DNA of 64,000 bases. Origin: Pristiophorus japonicus (Eukaryota). How positions within the stretch are numbered: the first letter of the stretch is position 1; each line of letters opens with the position of its first letter. The stretch is taken from contig NC_091994.1 of NCBI RefSeq assembly GCF_044704955.1, positions 48,670,001 through 48,734,000 on the forward strand. Reading direction: 5' to 3'. Positions 1 through 12,973 of the stretch are shown piece by piece. A program made the translations under genes and the position numbers. The notes under the pieces are model-generated. The model ran no database searches. It saw only the letters and a program-made list of their open reading frames with translations, and had not been told where the DNA came from.

Positions 1-3000
1 GCAGCAGTTGCGACAGGCGGCTCTGCAGCGTGGGACCTTGGATTTTTAGCATGCCTTGTTTAACGATTTGCACTGCTCACTCCGCCTGGACATTGTAGGC
101 TGGCTTGAATGGTGCCGTCTTAACGTGATTTATGCCGTGGTCAACTATGAAATCTTGAAATTCTGCGTTGGTGAAGCATGGACCGTTATCACTGACCAAT
201 ATGTCAGGAATTCCGTGCGTTGCAAACATGGTTCTAAGGCTCTCCACAGTGGTGGAGGTGGTGCTCGAGTTTAAAATTGTGCACTCGATCCACTTTGAAA
301 ATGTATCGACGACTATGAGAAACATTTTGTCCATGATTGGGCCCGCATAGTCTACATGCACCCGCGACCACGGTTTGGTGGGCCAGGGCCAGGGGCTTAG
401 GGGGCCTCCCATGGGGCATTACTGAGTTGGGCACAAATGGTGCACTGCCGGACGCAGAGCTCCAACTCTGCATCAATGCCAGGCCACCAGACGTGGGATC
501 TGGCTATGGCCTTCATAAGGACGATCCCCGGGTGCTCGTGGTGGAGCTCCCGGACAAACGCCTCTCTGCCTCGCAAGGGCATAACTACTCGGCTGCCCCA
601 CATCAGGCAGTCTGCCTGTAGTGATCGTTCATGCATGCGCCTATGGAAAGGTTTGATCTCCTTGGGGCAGGCATCGCGGGCTTCTGTCCAGTCACCAGTT
701 AAAACACAGCTTTTGACTAAGGATAACATGGGGTCGCCCAGGCTCTGATTTGGCGAGCCATCATGGGCGAACCTGTGGATTCAAAGGCATTGATTGCCAT
801 GACCATCTCACAGTCCTGTTCGTCGGACCTTTCCGTCGTTGCCAGGGGTAGCCTGCTAAGTGCGTCGGCACAGTTGTCTGTGCCTGGTCTGTGCCTTATT
901 GTGTAATCGTAAGACGCCAGCATGAGTGCCCACCGCTGAATGCGCACCGAGGCGTGGTGTTTATTGCCTTGCACACGGATAGCAGGGATGTGAGGGGTTT
1001 GTGGTCGGTTTCTAATGCGAACTTGGCCCCGAAAAGGTATTGGTGCATCTTTTTGACACCGTACACGCACGCGAGCGCCTCCTTCTCAACCATCCCGTAC
1101 CCGCGCTCCACCCGCGAAAGTGACCTGGAGGCATAAGCAATGGGTTGTAATTTACCCGCATCATTGACATGCTGTAAAACACACCCGACCCCGTACGCTG
1201 ATGCATCACATGTAAGAACTAGCTTTTTACCTGGGTCAAAAAAGGCTAAAACACTGTTGGAACATAGACGGTTGCGTGCCTTATTGAAGGCGCGTTCTTG
1301 GGCCGTCGCTCCAAAACCAATCGCATCCCTTTCTGAGTAGCATGTGGAGAGGCTCCAGCAGCGTGCTCAAGTTCTGCATAAAGTTCCCAAAGTAATTGAG
1401 TAGCCCGAGAAAGGCGCGCAGTTCTGAGACATTCCGGGGCCTGGGTGCCAGACGAATTGCTTCGGTTTTGGATTCTGTTGGGCGGATTCCATCAGCGGCA
1501 ATCCTTCTGCCCAAAAATTCAACCTCGGGCGCGAGAAACAGACACTTGGATTTCTTAACTCTTAGGCCTACCCGGTCCAATCGACTTAGTACTTCCTCCA
1601 AATTACAGAGATGAGAGTCGGTGTCCCTGCCCGTGATGAGTATGTCATCTTGAAACACAACCGTCCCCGGGATGGACTTGAGCAGATTCTCCATGTTGCG
1701 CTGGAATATAGCAGCTGCCGACCTGATGTCGAATGAGCATTGATTGTACATAAAAAGGCCTCGATGTGTGTTGATGGTGGTGAGTAGCTGAGAATCTTCG
1801 GTCAGTTCTTGCGTCATATACGCAGATGTGAGATCTAGTTTAGAGAAAAGTTTTCCTCCAGCCAATGTGGCAAATAGGTCCTCCGCTCTGGGCAGCGGGT
1901 ATTGGTCCTGTAGGGAGACTCTGTTTATGGTAGACTTGTAATCCCCACAGATTCGTACGGATCCATCAGGCTTCATGACGGGGACGATGAGACTTGCCCA
2001 GTCGCTAAATTTCACGGGTGAGATAATGCCTTCCCACAGAAGCCGGTCCAGTTCGTGTTCAATCTTTTCCCTCATCACATAAGGCACAGCTCTAGCCTTG
2101 TGATTGAGCGGTCTGGCATCCTGTGTAATGTAGATTTTAACTTTAGCCCCTTTGAAGGTGCCCACACCTGGCTGAAAGAGATGTTCAAAACGACTTAGAA
2201 CTGTTGAGCAGGAGGTCCGTTCCTCTGACGACATGGCGTGAACATCATCCCATTTCCAATTTAGTTTTGACAGCCAGCTTCTCCCCAACAGTGCTGGGAG
2301 ATCTCCGGGGACAATCCACAGGGGAAGTCGGTTCACCGTCCCTTTGTGTGTGACTTAGAGCATGGCGCTGCCAAGGACTGGGATGATTTCTTTGGTATAG
2401 CTCCTTAGTTTGGTGTCGAACCTTGTGAGTTTTGGTCTGTTGCTTTTGTGCGGCCGCTGCTGTTCAAATTGTTGGACGCTCATGAGAGATTGACTAGCTC
2501 CCGTGTCCAGTTCCAGTTGACGGGTATCCCGTTGAGTAGGACCCTCCTCATTATTGGAGGCGTCTTGTTGTAAGAACAATGGACATTGATCGTGTTGACC
2601 CGCTGTATCCCGGCATCCCGGGCACTGTCCCCACCGTCTTCTGGTCCGCTTTCCAACCCTTCCGGTTCGTATACTAGCTGAGCTGCTGTTTTTCTGTACA
2701 TGTGAGCCAGATGCCCTATATAGTTGCAGTTTCTGCAAACAGCACGCTGAAATCGACACCTCCTTGTTGAGTGCCTTCCCCCACATCCCCAGCACAGACC
2801 GCTTCCATTGTTGCCGAAGGATGAGCTGCGTCTGGCTGATCTCTCTTCTCTCTTGAGCTTCTCTCAGTAGTTGATTGCTCGCATTGTGGGTTGATGAGGT
2901 GTGAACGGCCGTTCATGTGGCCCTTGATGGCTTCTGGTGCCACTGCCTGCTGTTGAAGGCCTGCTCTCCTGCCTTTGTCTGTGTGTGGGGGTAGCGGCTC

Positions 3001-3662
3001 GTTTCACGCTGTGAACCCCTTGTTCCGATGTTTCGTTAGTTGTCGTACCCGCAGTATAGATCAACCTCGTTTCTTCTTTCCCTGCCAAGAATGTCTGTGT
3101 GACCAGTGCTGCTCGCTGGCTTCAGGTGGTCTCTCACCAGTGTGCTCAACTCCTCAAACGACTTGCTTGCTGGTTTCTCGGGTGCCAGCAGGTCCTTCAT
3201 TAAGGCGTATGTTTTTGAGCCACAGCTGGTCAAGAGATGGGCTCTTCTTTTGTCTGCCTTATCGTCGCCCAACCAGTCTTTGGTTACAAAGCTTTGCTGG
3301 AGCCTTTCTATAAAATCCTCCCAATTGTCTCCAGTACTGTATTTCTCATCTGGTAGCCATTCTGTGGATTCTGTGATCCCGTAGCTCGTTGCCACTGTAA
3401 AGTCCTGACCCTGCAGTACAGACTTACACGAGGCACATGCTGAAGTCAAGGTCACTCTGGACCTTAACCTTTATTCCACAGCTCTCGAGTGCCACACTTG
3501 CCTGAGACCTGCCTTTATATATCTGTGTGGAACAGTATGCAGTGTCTCCTGCAAGTGCACCCCTGGTGGTAAAGTATGCTTGTGGTTACAGATCATATCT
3601 AGTTACAGTCATGTATAGCACGGTAAGATACAGTTATATACAGTAGTGTGAGATACATGACA
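1..3662 (-). mobile_element. Ty3/Gypsy LTR retrotransposon, frameshifted, 3' part outside window
   Basis: Minus-strand fragments of gag (WEDFIERLQQSF), protease (LDTGA), RT (1281-2336, FQDD), RNase H (TDHKPL) and integrase (HVDYAGP, SDNG) in Gypsy order. PBS TGGCAACGAG at 3385-3394; 5' LTR 3396-3662. Confidence 0.93.
3396..3662 (-). repeat. 5' LTR of Gypsy element
   Basis: TG...CA termini; adjacent to PBS; CR1 sequence resumes at 3663. Confidence 0.85.
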
Positions 3663-6385
3663 ATCACCTCTCATTCTTCTGAACTCCAATAAGAATAGGC
3701 CCAACCTACTCAACCTTTCCTCATAATTCAAACCCCTCATCTCCGAAATCAACCTAGTGAACCTTCTCTGAACTGCCTCCAATGCAAGTATATCCTTCCA
3801 TAAATACAGAGACCAAAACTGTACTTGAGGTGCGGCCTCACCAATAACCTATACAGTTGTAGCAGGACTTCTCTGCTTTTATACTCTATCCCCCTTGCAA
3901 TAAAGGTCAACATTCCATTTGCCTTCCTGATTACTTGCTGTACCTGCATGCTAACTTTTTGTGTTTCATGCTCCAGGTCCCTCTGCACTGAAGCACTTAG
4001 CAATTTTTCTCCATTTAAATTATAATTTGCTTTTCTATTTTTTCTGCCAAAGTGGATGACCTCACATTTTCCCACATTATACTCCATCTGCCAAATTTTT
4101 GGCCACTCACTTAACCTGTCTGTATCCCTTTGCAGACTTTTTGTATCCTCCCACCGATCTTTGTATCCTCAACAAACTTGGCTACATTACACTCAATCCC
4201 TTCATCCAAGTCATTAATATAGACTGTAAATAGCTGAGTCCCCAGCACGATCCCTGTGGCACCCCACTAGTTACTGTTTGCCAACCGGAAAATGACCTAT
4301 TTATCCCGACTCTCTGCTTTCTGTTATTTAGCCAATCCTCTATCCATGCTAATATATTATCCCCAACCCTGTGAAGTTTTATCTTGTGCAGTAACCTTTT
4401 ACGTGGCAACTTATCGAATGCCTTCTGGAAATCAAAATACACACATCCACTGGTTCACCCTTATCTATCCTGCTTGTTACATCCTCAAAGAACTGCAGCA
4501 AATTTGTCAAACATGATTTCCCTTTCATAAAAATGTGTTGACTCTGCTTGGTTGAATCATGCTTTTCCAAATATCCTGCTATTGCTTCCTTAATAATGGA
4601 TTCCAGCATTTTCCCAACGACAGATGTTAGGCTAACTGGTCTATAGTTTCCTGCTTTCTGTCTACCTGCTTTTTGAAATAGGGGCATTACATTTGCAGTT
4701 TGCCAATTGCTGGGGCCTCCCCAGAATCCATGGAATTTTGGTAGATTACAACCAATGCATCCCTGCCGGTACTTCTCTTAAGACCCTAGGATATAAGCCA
4801 TCAGGTCCAGGGGACTTGTCCACCTTTAGACCCATTATTTTACCAAGCACTTGTTCTTTAGTGATAATGATTTTATTAAGTTCCTCCCTCCCTATAGCCC
4901 CTTGATTATCCACTATTGGGATGTTTTTAGTGTCTTCTACCGTGAAGACCGATACAAAATATTTGTTCATCGTCTCTGCCGTTTCCCTATTTTCCATTAT
5001 TAATTCCCCAGTCTCGTCCTCTAAGGGACCAACATGTACTTTAGCCACTGTTTTCCTTTTTATGTAACTCTAAAACTCTTACGACCTGGTTTTGTATTTC
5101 ATGCTAGTTTACTTTCATAATCTATCTCCCCTCTCTTTCTTATTTTTTTAGTCGTTCTTTGCTGGCTTTAAAAGGTTCCCAATCCTCTGGCCTCCCACTA
5201 GCCTTGGCCACTTTGTATGCACCTGTTTTCAATTTGATACCATCCCTTATTTCCTTAGTTAGCCACGGATGGTTATCCCTTCTCACAGTCTTTTTTTCTC
5301 ATTGGAATATATTTTTGTTGCAAGTTATGAAACATCTCCTTAAATGTCTGCCACTGCTGATCAACCATCCCATACGTTAAACTATTTTCCCAGTCCATTT
5401 TAGTCAACTCTGCCTTCATACCTTTGTAGTTTCCTTTGTTTAAGCTTAGGACACTGGTTATTCACCCTGCAACTGAATTTGAAATTCAACCATGCTCTGG
5501 TCACTCATTCCTAGAGGATCCTTTACACGGAGATTGTTTATTAACAATCTGTCTCATTACACAGTACCAGATCTAAGATAGCCTGCTCCCTAGTTAGTTC
5601 CGGAATGTACTGTTCAAGGAAACTATCCCAGATACAGACTATGAACTCTTCCTCATGTCTACCCTGACCAATTTCCATTGTCCAATTAATATGAAGGTTA
5701 TTATTGCCATTCTTTTTTTTACAAGTCTTCATTATTTCTTGATTTATTCTCCGTCCAACAGTGTAGCTACTGTTAGGGGGCCTATAGACTACACCCACCA
5801 ATGACTGTTTCCTCTTATTATTCTTTATCTCCACCCAGAATGATTCAATATCTTAATCTTTTGAGCCAATATCATTTCTCACTAACACACTGATCTCATC
5901 CTTTATTAACAGTGCTACCCCACCTCCTTTTCCTTTCTGTCTGTCCTTCCGAATTGTCAAAAACCCCGGAATATTTAGTTCCCAGTCCTGGTCACCTTGC
6001 AACCACATCTCTGTAATGGCTGTCAGATCATACCCAGTTGTATCTATTTATGCCGTCTCATCTATTTTGTTATGAATGCTGCGTGCATTCAGATAGAGAG
6101 CTTTTAAATTTGTTTTTTTAACCATTTTTTTCCTGCTTTGACCCCACTTTCTGATTCACTTTTATGTTTACACATTCTGTCCCTTCCTGTCACGCTCTGG
6201 TTTTTATTTCCCCCAGTGCTACCCTGCTCTATTGCCATCTCTTTATTCTTTGACTTTTTAAAATTTACGCTCACCCGAACCCTCCCCTCTACTAATTAGT
6301 TTAAAGCCCTATCTAAAGCCCTAGTTATTCGATTCGCCAGGACCCTAGTCCCAGCACGGTCCAAGTGGAGCCCGTCCCGTCGATA
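3663..6385 (-). mobile_element. CR1-type LINE, degraded ORF2 (APE endonuclease + RT), interrupted by the Gypsy element
   Basis: ORF pieces VYRPP, KSPGPDG, NYRPVSLTS, DFQKAFDK, GVPQGS, YNVGKCEV; many stops and frameshifts. Confidence 0.9.
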
Positions 6386-6436
6386 GGAGTGGATGAAGAG
6401 GGGTGGGTGGAGGCTCGTATGTTTTACTTTTGTTGT

Positions 6437-6650
6437 CATTTATGGAGCAGTACTGCCCTCTGCTGGTAAACTCTACGCCATGCAGTTTATGACATTATGG
6501 AACAGTACTGCCCTCTGCTGGTAGACTCTACGCCATGCAGATTATGACATTATGGAGCAGTACTGCCCTCTGCTAGTAGACTCGACGCCATGCAGATTAT
6601 GACATTATGGAACAGTACTGCTCTCTGCTGGTAGCCTCTTCACCATGCAC
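6437..6650. repeat. 55-bp tandem repeat, about 4 copies, each with a CTCF-like core
   Basis: TACTGCCCTCTGCTGGTA-like motif at 6451, 6506, 6561 and 6616 (period 55). Confidence 0.9.
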
Positions 6651-6749
6651 ATTGTTTTATGTAGTATGTGGATTTTAGCAAGGCTTCTAATAAGGTCCCA
6701 CATGGCAAACTGGTCACGATCCATGGAAAAGTGGCAAGTTGGATCCAAA

Positions 6750-9700
6750 AAAGGCAAGCATGAAAGCTCGGTGCCGCAATGCGAGGAGTATTCTGAACCC
6801 AGGAGAGGGCTCTGAGCTAGTTAGAGTGGGTGAGAGCTCAGATGAACAGGATCCCAAGAAAGAATGCAAAAGGCAGGAGGCAACAGCGCAGAGTAGCACT
6901 GGGATAAGTGAAAATCACAAGGTGATAGGAAGGGACAATATGTATGAATATAAAGGGGCTGCAGGAAGGGTCAAAACTAAAAATCATGGTTTAAAAATTA
7001 GTATTAAAACACACTACCTAAACGCACGCAGTATTCGAAATAAAGTAAATGAGTTGACGGCACAAATCATTACAAATGGGTATGATTTGGTGGCCATTAC
7101 AGAAACGTGGTTGCAGGGAGGCCAAGACTGGGAATTAAACATACAGGGGTATCTGACAATTCAGAAAGATAGACAAGAAGGGAAAGGAGGTGGGGTAGCT
7201 CTGTTAATAAAGGATGATATCAGGGCAGTTGTGAGAGATGATATTGGCTCTAATGAACAAAATGTTGAATCATTATGGGTGGAGATTAGAGATAGCAAGG
7301 GAAAAAAGTCACTGGTGGGCATAGTTTATAGGCCCCCAAATAATAACTTCACGGTGGGGCGGACAATAACCAAGAGAATAATGGAGGCATGTGAAAAAGG
7401 AACGGCAGGTCAAGTCAAATCGCATGGGGTAGCCTTGAGGAGGAATTCATAGAATGCATACGGGATTGTTTCTGAGAACAGTATGTTACAGAACCTACAA
7501 GGGAGCAAGCTATCTTAGATCTGGTCCTGTGTAATGAGACAGGAATAATAAACAATCTCCTAGTAAAAGATCCTCTCGGAATGAGTGATCACAGAATGAT
7601 TGAATTTATAACACAGATTGAGGGTGAGGAAGTAGTGTCTCAAATGAGCGTACTATGCTTAAACAAAGGGGACTAGGGGATGAGGGCAGAGTTGGCTAAA
7701 GTAGACTGGAAACACAGACTAAACGGTGGCATAATTGAGGAACAGTGGAGGACTTTTAAGGAGCTCTTTCATAGTGCTCAACAAAAATATATTCCAGTGA
7801 AAAAGAAGGGCGGTAAGAGAAGAGATAGGCAGCCATGGATAACCAAGGAAATAAAGGAGAGTATCAAATTAAAAACCAAATGCATAGAAGGTGGCCAAGG
7901 TTAGTGGGAAACTAGAAGATTGGGAAAATTTTAAGCGACAGCAAAGAATGACTAAGAAAGCAATAAAGATAGATTACGAAAGTAAACTTGCGCAAAACAT
8001 AAAAACAGATAGTAAAAGCTTTTACCGATATATAAAACGGAAAAGAGTGACTAAAGTAAATGTTGGTCCCTTAGAAGATGTGAAGGGTATTTAATAATGG
8101 GAAATGTGGAAATGGCTGAGATCTTAAACAATTATTTTGCTTCGGTCTTCACAGTGGAAGACACAAAAACCATGCCAAAAATTGCTGGTCATGGGAATGT
8201 GGGAAGGGAGGACCTTGAGATCATCATTATCACGAGGGGGGTAGTGCTAGACAGGATAATGGGACTCAAGGTAGACAAGTCCCCTGGTCCTGATGAAATG
8301 CATCCCAGGGTATTAAAAGAGATGGCGGAAGTTATAGCAGATGCATTCGTTATAATCTACCAAAATTCTCTGGACTCTGGGGAGGTACCATCGGATTGGA
8401 AAGCAGCTAATGTAACGCCTCTGTTTAAAAAAGGGGGCAGACAAAAGGCAGGTAACAATAGGCCGATTAGTTTAACATCTGTAGTGGGGAAAATGCTTGA
8501 AGCTATTATTAAGGAAGAAATAGCGGAACATCGAGATAGGAATAGTGCAATCAAGCAGACGCAACATGGATTCATGAAGGGGAAATCATGTTTAACTAAT
8601 TTACTGGAATTCTTTGAGGATATAACGAGCATGGTGGATAGAGGTGTACCGATGGATGTGGTGTATTTAGATTTCCAAAAGGCATTCGATAAGATGCCAC
8701 ACAAAATGTTACTACAGAAGATAAAGGTACGTGGAGTCAGAGGAAATGTATTAGCATGGATCGAGAATTGGCTGGCTAACAGAAAGCAGAGAGTTGGGAT
8801 AAATGGGTCCTTTTTGGATTGGAAATCGGTGGTTAGTGGTGTGCCACAGAGATCGGTGCTGGGACCACAACTGTTTACAATATACATAAATTACCTGGAA
8901 GAGGGGACAGAGTGTAGTGTAACAAAATTTGCAGATGACACAAAGATTAGTCGGAAAGTGGGTTGTGTAGAGGACACAGAGAGGCTGCAAAGAGATTTAG
9001 ATAGATTAACAAATGGGCTAAGGTTTGGCAGATGGAATACAATGTCGGAAAATGTGAGGTCATCCACCTTGGGAAAAAAAACAGTAAACGGGAATATTAT
9101 TTGAATGGGGAGAAATTACAACATGCTACGGTGCAGAGGGACCTGTGGGTGCATGAATCCCAAAAAGTTAGTTTGCAGGTGCAGCAGGTAATCAGGAAGG
9201 CGAATGGAATGTTGGCCTTCATTGCGAGAGGGATGGAATACAAAAGCAGGTAGGTTCTGCTGCAACTGGAGAGGGTATTTGTGAGGCCGCACTTGGAGTA
9301 CTGCGTGCAGTTTTGGTCACCTTACTTAAGAAAGGGTATACTAGCTTTGGAGGGGGTACAGAGACGATTCACTAGGCTGATTCCAGAGATGAGGGGGTTA
9401 CCTTATGATGATAGATTGAGTAGACTGGGTCTTTACTGGTTGGAGTTCAGAAGGATGAGGGGTGATCTTATAGAAACATTTAAAATAATGAAAGGGATAG
9501 ACAAGATAGAGGCAGAGAGGTTGTTTCCACTGGTCGGGGAGACTAGAACTAGGGGGCACAGCCTCAAAATACGGGGGAGCCAATTTAAAACCGAGTTGAG
9601 AAGGAATTTCTTCTCCCAGAGGGTTGTGAATCTGTGGAAATCTCTGCCCAAGGAAGCAGTTGAGGCTAGCTCATTGAATGTATTCAAATCACAGATAGAT

Positions 9701-9864
9701 AGATTTTTAACCAATAAGGGAATTAAGGGCTATGGGGAGCGGGCGGGTAAGTGGAGCTGAGTCCACGGCCAGATCAGCCATGATGTTGTTGAATGGCGGA
9801 GCAGGCTCGAGGGGCTAGATGGCCTACTCCTGTTCCTAATTCTTATGTTCTTATGTTCTTATGT
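6750..9864 (+). mobile_element. CR1-type LINE with near-complete but frameshifted ORF2 and (TTCTTATG)n tail
   Basis: APE motifs (YLNARS, ITETWL) in 6739-7452; RT 8097-9104 (FADD); C-terminus 9281-9760; octamer-repeat tail about 9840-9864. Confidence 0.93.
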
Positions 9865-9900
9865 AGTTCATATTCAGCGTGTTGCCAGCTCCGTAATAGC
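9865..9900 (-). other. IgNAR J segment, splice donor missing
   Basis: Reads YYGAGNTLNMN (compare VNAR J YYGAGTVLTVN). Flanked by RSS CACAGTA-22bp-TCAAAAAGG. A CR1 tail abuts the position where GT is expected. Confidence 0.88.
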
Positions 9901-9938
9901 CACAGTAAGTTAGCTGTCATTCACCCAGTTCAAAAAGG
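9901..9938 (+). promoter_or_regulatory. J recombination signal (22-bp spacer)
   Basis: Heptamer CACAGTA 9901-9907, spacer 9908-9929, nonamer TCAAAAAGG 9930-9938. Confidence 0.85.
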
Positions 9939-9961
9939 GTCATTGAAGCAAAGATCCGGTA

Positions 9962-12013
9962 ATAAAGAGAAAAGATAGCCATCCGTGGCTAACTAAAGAA
10001 ATAAAGGACGGTATCCAATTTAAAACAAGGGCATACAAAGTGGTCAAAACTAGTGGGAGGACAGAAGACTGGGAAGCTATTAAAAGCCAGCAAAGAACGA
10101 CTAAAAAAAATGATTAAGAAAGGGAAGATAGACTATGAAAGTAAACTAGCACAAAATATAAAAACAGATAGCAAGAGTATCTATAGGTATATAAAAAGAA
10201 AAAGAGTGTCTAAAGTAAATGTTGGTCCCTTAGAGGATGAGACCGGGGAATTAGTAATGGAGAACATGGAGATGGCAGAAACTCTGAACAAATATTTTGT
10301 CTCAGTCTTTATGGGAGAGGACACCAATAATATTCCAACAGCAGATAGTCTAGGTACTATAGAGGGGAAGGAACTTAACACAATCACAATCACTAAGGAG
10401 GTGGTACTCAGTAAGATAATGGGACTAAAGGCAGATAAATCCCCTGGACCTGATGGCTTGCATCCTACGGTCTTAAGAGAAGTAGTGGCAGGGATTGTGG
10501 ATGCATTGGATGTAACTTACCAAAATTCCCTGGATTCTGGGGAGGTCCCAGCAGATTGGAAAATTGCAAATGTAACGCCCCTGTTTAAAAAAGGAGGCAG
10601 ACAAAAAGCAGGAAACTATAGACCAGTTAGCCTAACATCTAAGGTTGGGAAAATGTTGGACTCCATTATTAAAGAAGCAGTAGCAGGACATTTGGAAAAG
10701 CAAAATTCAGTCAGGCAGAGTCAGCATTGATTTATGAAGGGGAAGTCAGTTTTGAAAAATTTGCTGGAGTTTTGTGAGGATGTAATGAACAGGGTGGATA
10801 AAAGGGAACCAGTGGATGTGGTGTATTTTGGACTTCCAGAAGGCATTTGACAAGGTGCCATATAAAAGGTTACTGCACAAGATAAAAGTTCACGGGGTTG
10901 GGAGTAATATATTAGCATGGATAGAGGATTGGCTAAGTAACAGAGAACAGAGAGTCGGGATAAATGGTTAATTCTCTGGTTGGAAAGCAGTAACTAGTGG
11001 GGTTCTGCAGGGATCAGTGCTGGGTCCCCAACTATTTACAATCTATATTAACGACTTGGAAGAAGGGACTGAGTATAATATAGCCAAGTTTGTTGACGAT
11101 ACAAAGATGGGAGGAAAAGCAATGTGTGAGGAGGACACACAAAATCTGCAAAAGGACATAGACAGGCTAAGTGAGTGGGAAAACATTTGGCAAATGGAGT
11201 ATAATGTTGGAAAGTGTGAGGTCATGCACTTTGGCAGAAAAAAATCAAAGAGCAAGTTATTATTTAAATGGAGAAAAATTGCAAAGTGCTGTAGTACTGC
11301 GGGACCTGGAGGTACTTGTGCATGAAACACAAAAGGATAGTATGCAGGTGTAGCAAGTGATCAGGAATGCCAATGGTATCTTGGCCTTTATTGCAAAGAG
11401 GATGGAGTATAAAAGCAGGGAAGTCTTGCTATAGTTATATAAGGTATTGGTGAGGCCACACCTGGAATACTGTGTGCAGTTCTGGTTTCCATATTTACGA
11501 AAGGATATACTTGCTTTGGATGCAGTTCAGAGAAGGTTCACTAGGTTGATTCCGGGGATGAGGCGGTTGACTTATGAGTAAAGGTTGAGTAGGTTGGGCC
11601 CCTACTCATTGGAATTCAGAAGAATGAGAGGTGATCTTATCGAAACATATAAGATTATGAGGGGGCTTGACAAGGTGGATGCTGAGAGGATGTTTCCACT
11701 GATGGGGGTGACTTGAACTAGAGGGCATCATCTTAGAATAAGGGGCCGCCCATTTCAAACTGAGATGAGGAAATATTTCTTCTCTCAGAGGGTTATAAAT
11801 CTGTGGAATTCACAGCCTTAGAGAGCTGAGGAAGCTGGGACATTGAATAAATTTAAGACAGAAATAGAAAGTTTCTTAAACGATAAGAAAATGAGGGGTA
11901 ATGGCGGGGAAGTGAAGCTGAGTTCATGATCAGATCAACCTTGAATGTATTGAATGGCGGAGCAGGCTCGAAGTGCCGTATTGCCTACTCCTGTTCCTAT
12001 TTCTTATGTTCTT
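9962..12013 (+). mobile_element. 5'-truncated CR1 LINE inserted between D2 and J
   Basis: RT fragments 10053-10730 and 11017-11325 (FVDD); TTCTTATGTTCTT tail ending about 12013. Confidence 0.92.
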
Positions 12014-12289
12014 AAAACAAATCTGCTCGAAGGAACTTTCCGATATTTTGGAGTCATTCATACTTTTCAATTTCGGTCAGTTTCTATCCATATAGATATT
12101 TACTATGTGCAGTGCAAAATCCTGTAACATGGAAGAACAAAATCCATTGATTTACCATCAGGGAATGCGGGTAGATTTAAACCAAAGGTTAGATTGGAAT
12201 TAATGCAGACTTTATGCAGTAACAACCTTGAGTAAGCAGCACATTGTTCAGCCACCTTCACGAGTCGGAAACTAGATAACTGTTGGAGA

Positions 12290-12357
12290 GGTTTGTGCTA
12301 TGGGCCGAGTCACTGTGTCACTCTGGCTACACATCACTTCGCACTAGCACAAGAACT
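12290..12357 (-). other. IgNAR D segment (J-proximal, D2) with 12/12 RSS
   Basis: Coding 12318-12329 (TAGCCAGAGTGA). 3' RSS CACAGTG-12-GCACAAACC (12317-12290). 5' RSS CACATCA-12-ACAAGAACT (12330-12357). Confidence 0.85.
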
Positions 12358-12668
12358 CCATTGTTGCAAACATCAGAAATTCCAAAATATTGATTGAAAG
12401 TTGCAGTAATTATGATTCAAATCATTGCCTTTATATTCGGATCCCCTTAGATGTTTATATATCTCAACCATTCATAAGAATCTTCAAAAAATATAATTGT
12501 TCCATTATGAATATGATTTAACATTTATACAAAAATCACGCAAATGAATAGAGAAAAAGCTTTAAGATATCATCCAGTGTCTGACAGAGACAATGTGCAT
12601 TTAACCTTGAGGTTATTAGTCACCGAGATAATAACCTATATTAATGCTGTATTAAGAAGTGTGGGGAC

Positions 12669-12747
12669 AGTTTATGTATTATGGGGATACACAATTCATT
12701 ACTCTGGTGCTGCATGTCACACAGTCACAGAGACCAGTACAAAAAGG
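12669..12747 (-). other. IgNAR D segment (V-proximal, D1) with 12/22 RSS
   Basis: Coding 12707-12719 (TGACATGCAGCAC). 5' RSS CACAGTC-12-ACAAAAAGG (12720-12747). 3' RSS CAGAGTA-22-ACATAAACT (12706-12669), with a non-canonical heptamer. Confidence 0.8.
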
Positions 12748-12934
12748 TCCCCTGTGCATTAATACAAGAGCCTCAGGCCAAGACACATACTGCAATCCAA
12801 ATTCCTGCCTCAATACTTCATGTGAGAATTTTTCTTGTAAGAAAGAATGTTATCCTTCCAAAATACAGTGTCTACTCTTCACGATCAAGTAACAGATAAC
12901 TATTGCCCTTGTTCATGTAACAAAGTGAGCTAAT

Positions 12935-12973
12935 AGTTTGTGATTTGCAGGGACCTTCTCCTCCATTGCTGTG
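12935..12973 (-). promoter_or_regulatory. V recombination signal (23-bp spacer)
   Basis: CACAGCA (12973-12967), 23 bp, TCACAAACT (12943-12935), directly after the V exon. Confidence 0.85.

Noticed and set aside
6437-6650. CRISPR-like array
   Set aside because: Whole units repeat with no unique spacers; no cas genes; eukaryotic context.
8097-9104. RT ORFs as a retron or other novel RT system
   Set aside because: Ordinary CR1 ORF2 fragments with an APE domain and typical tails.
12058-12145. RSS-like TGCAGTG-22-ACAAAATCC with a possible J and donor
   Set aside because: Heptamer lacks CAC, there is no GxG motif, stops occur in all frames, and a much better J exists at 9865-9900.
12559-12600. 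Possible third D (CACATTG on the minus strand)
   Set aside because: No acceptable nonamer and no partner RSS on the other side.
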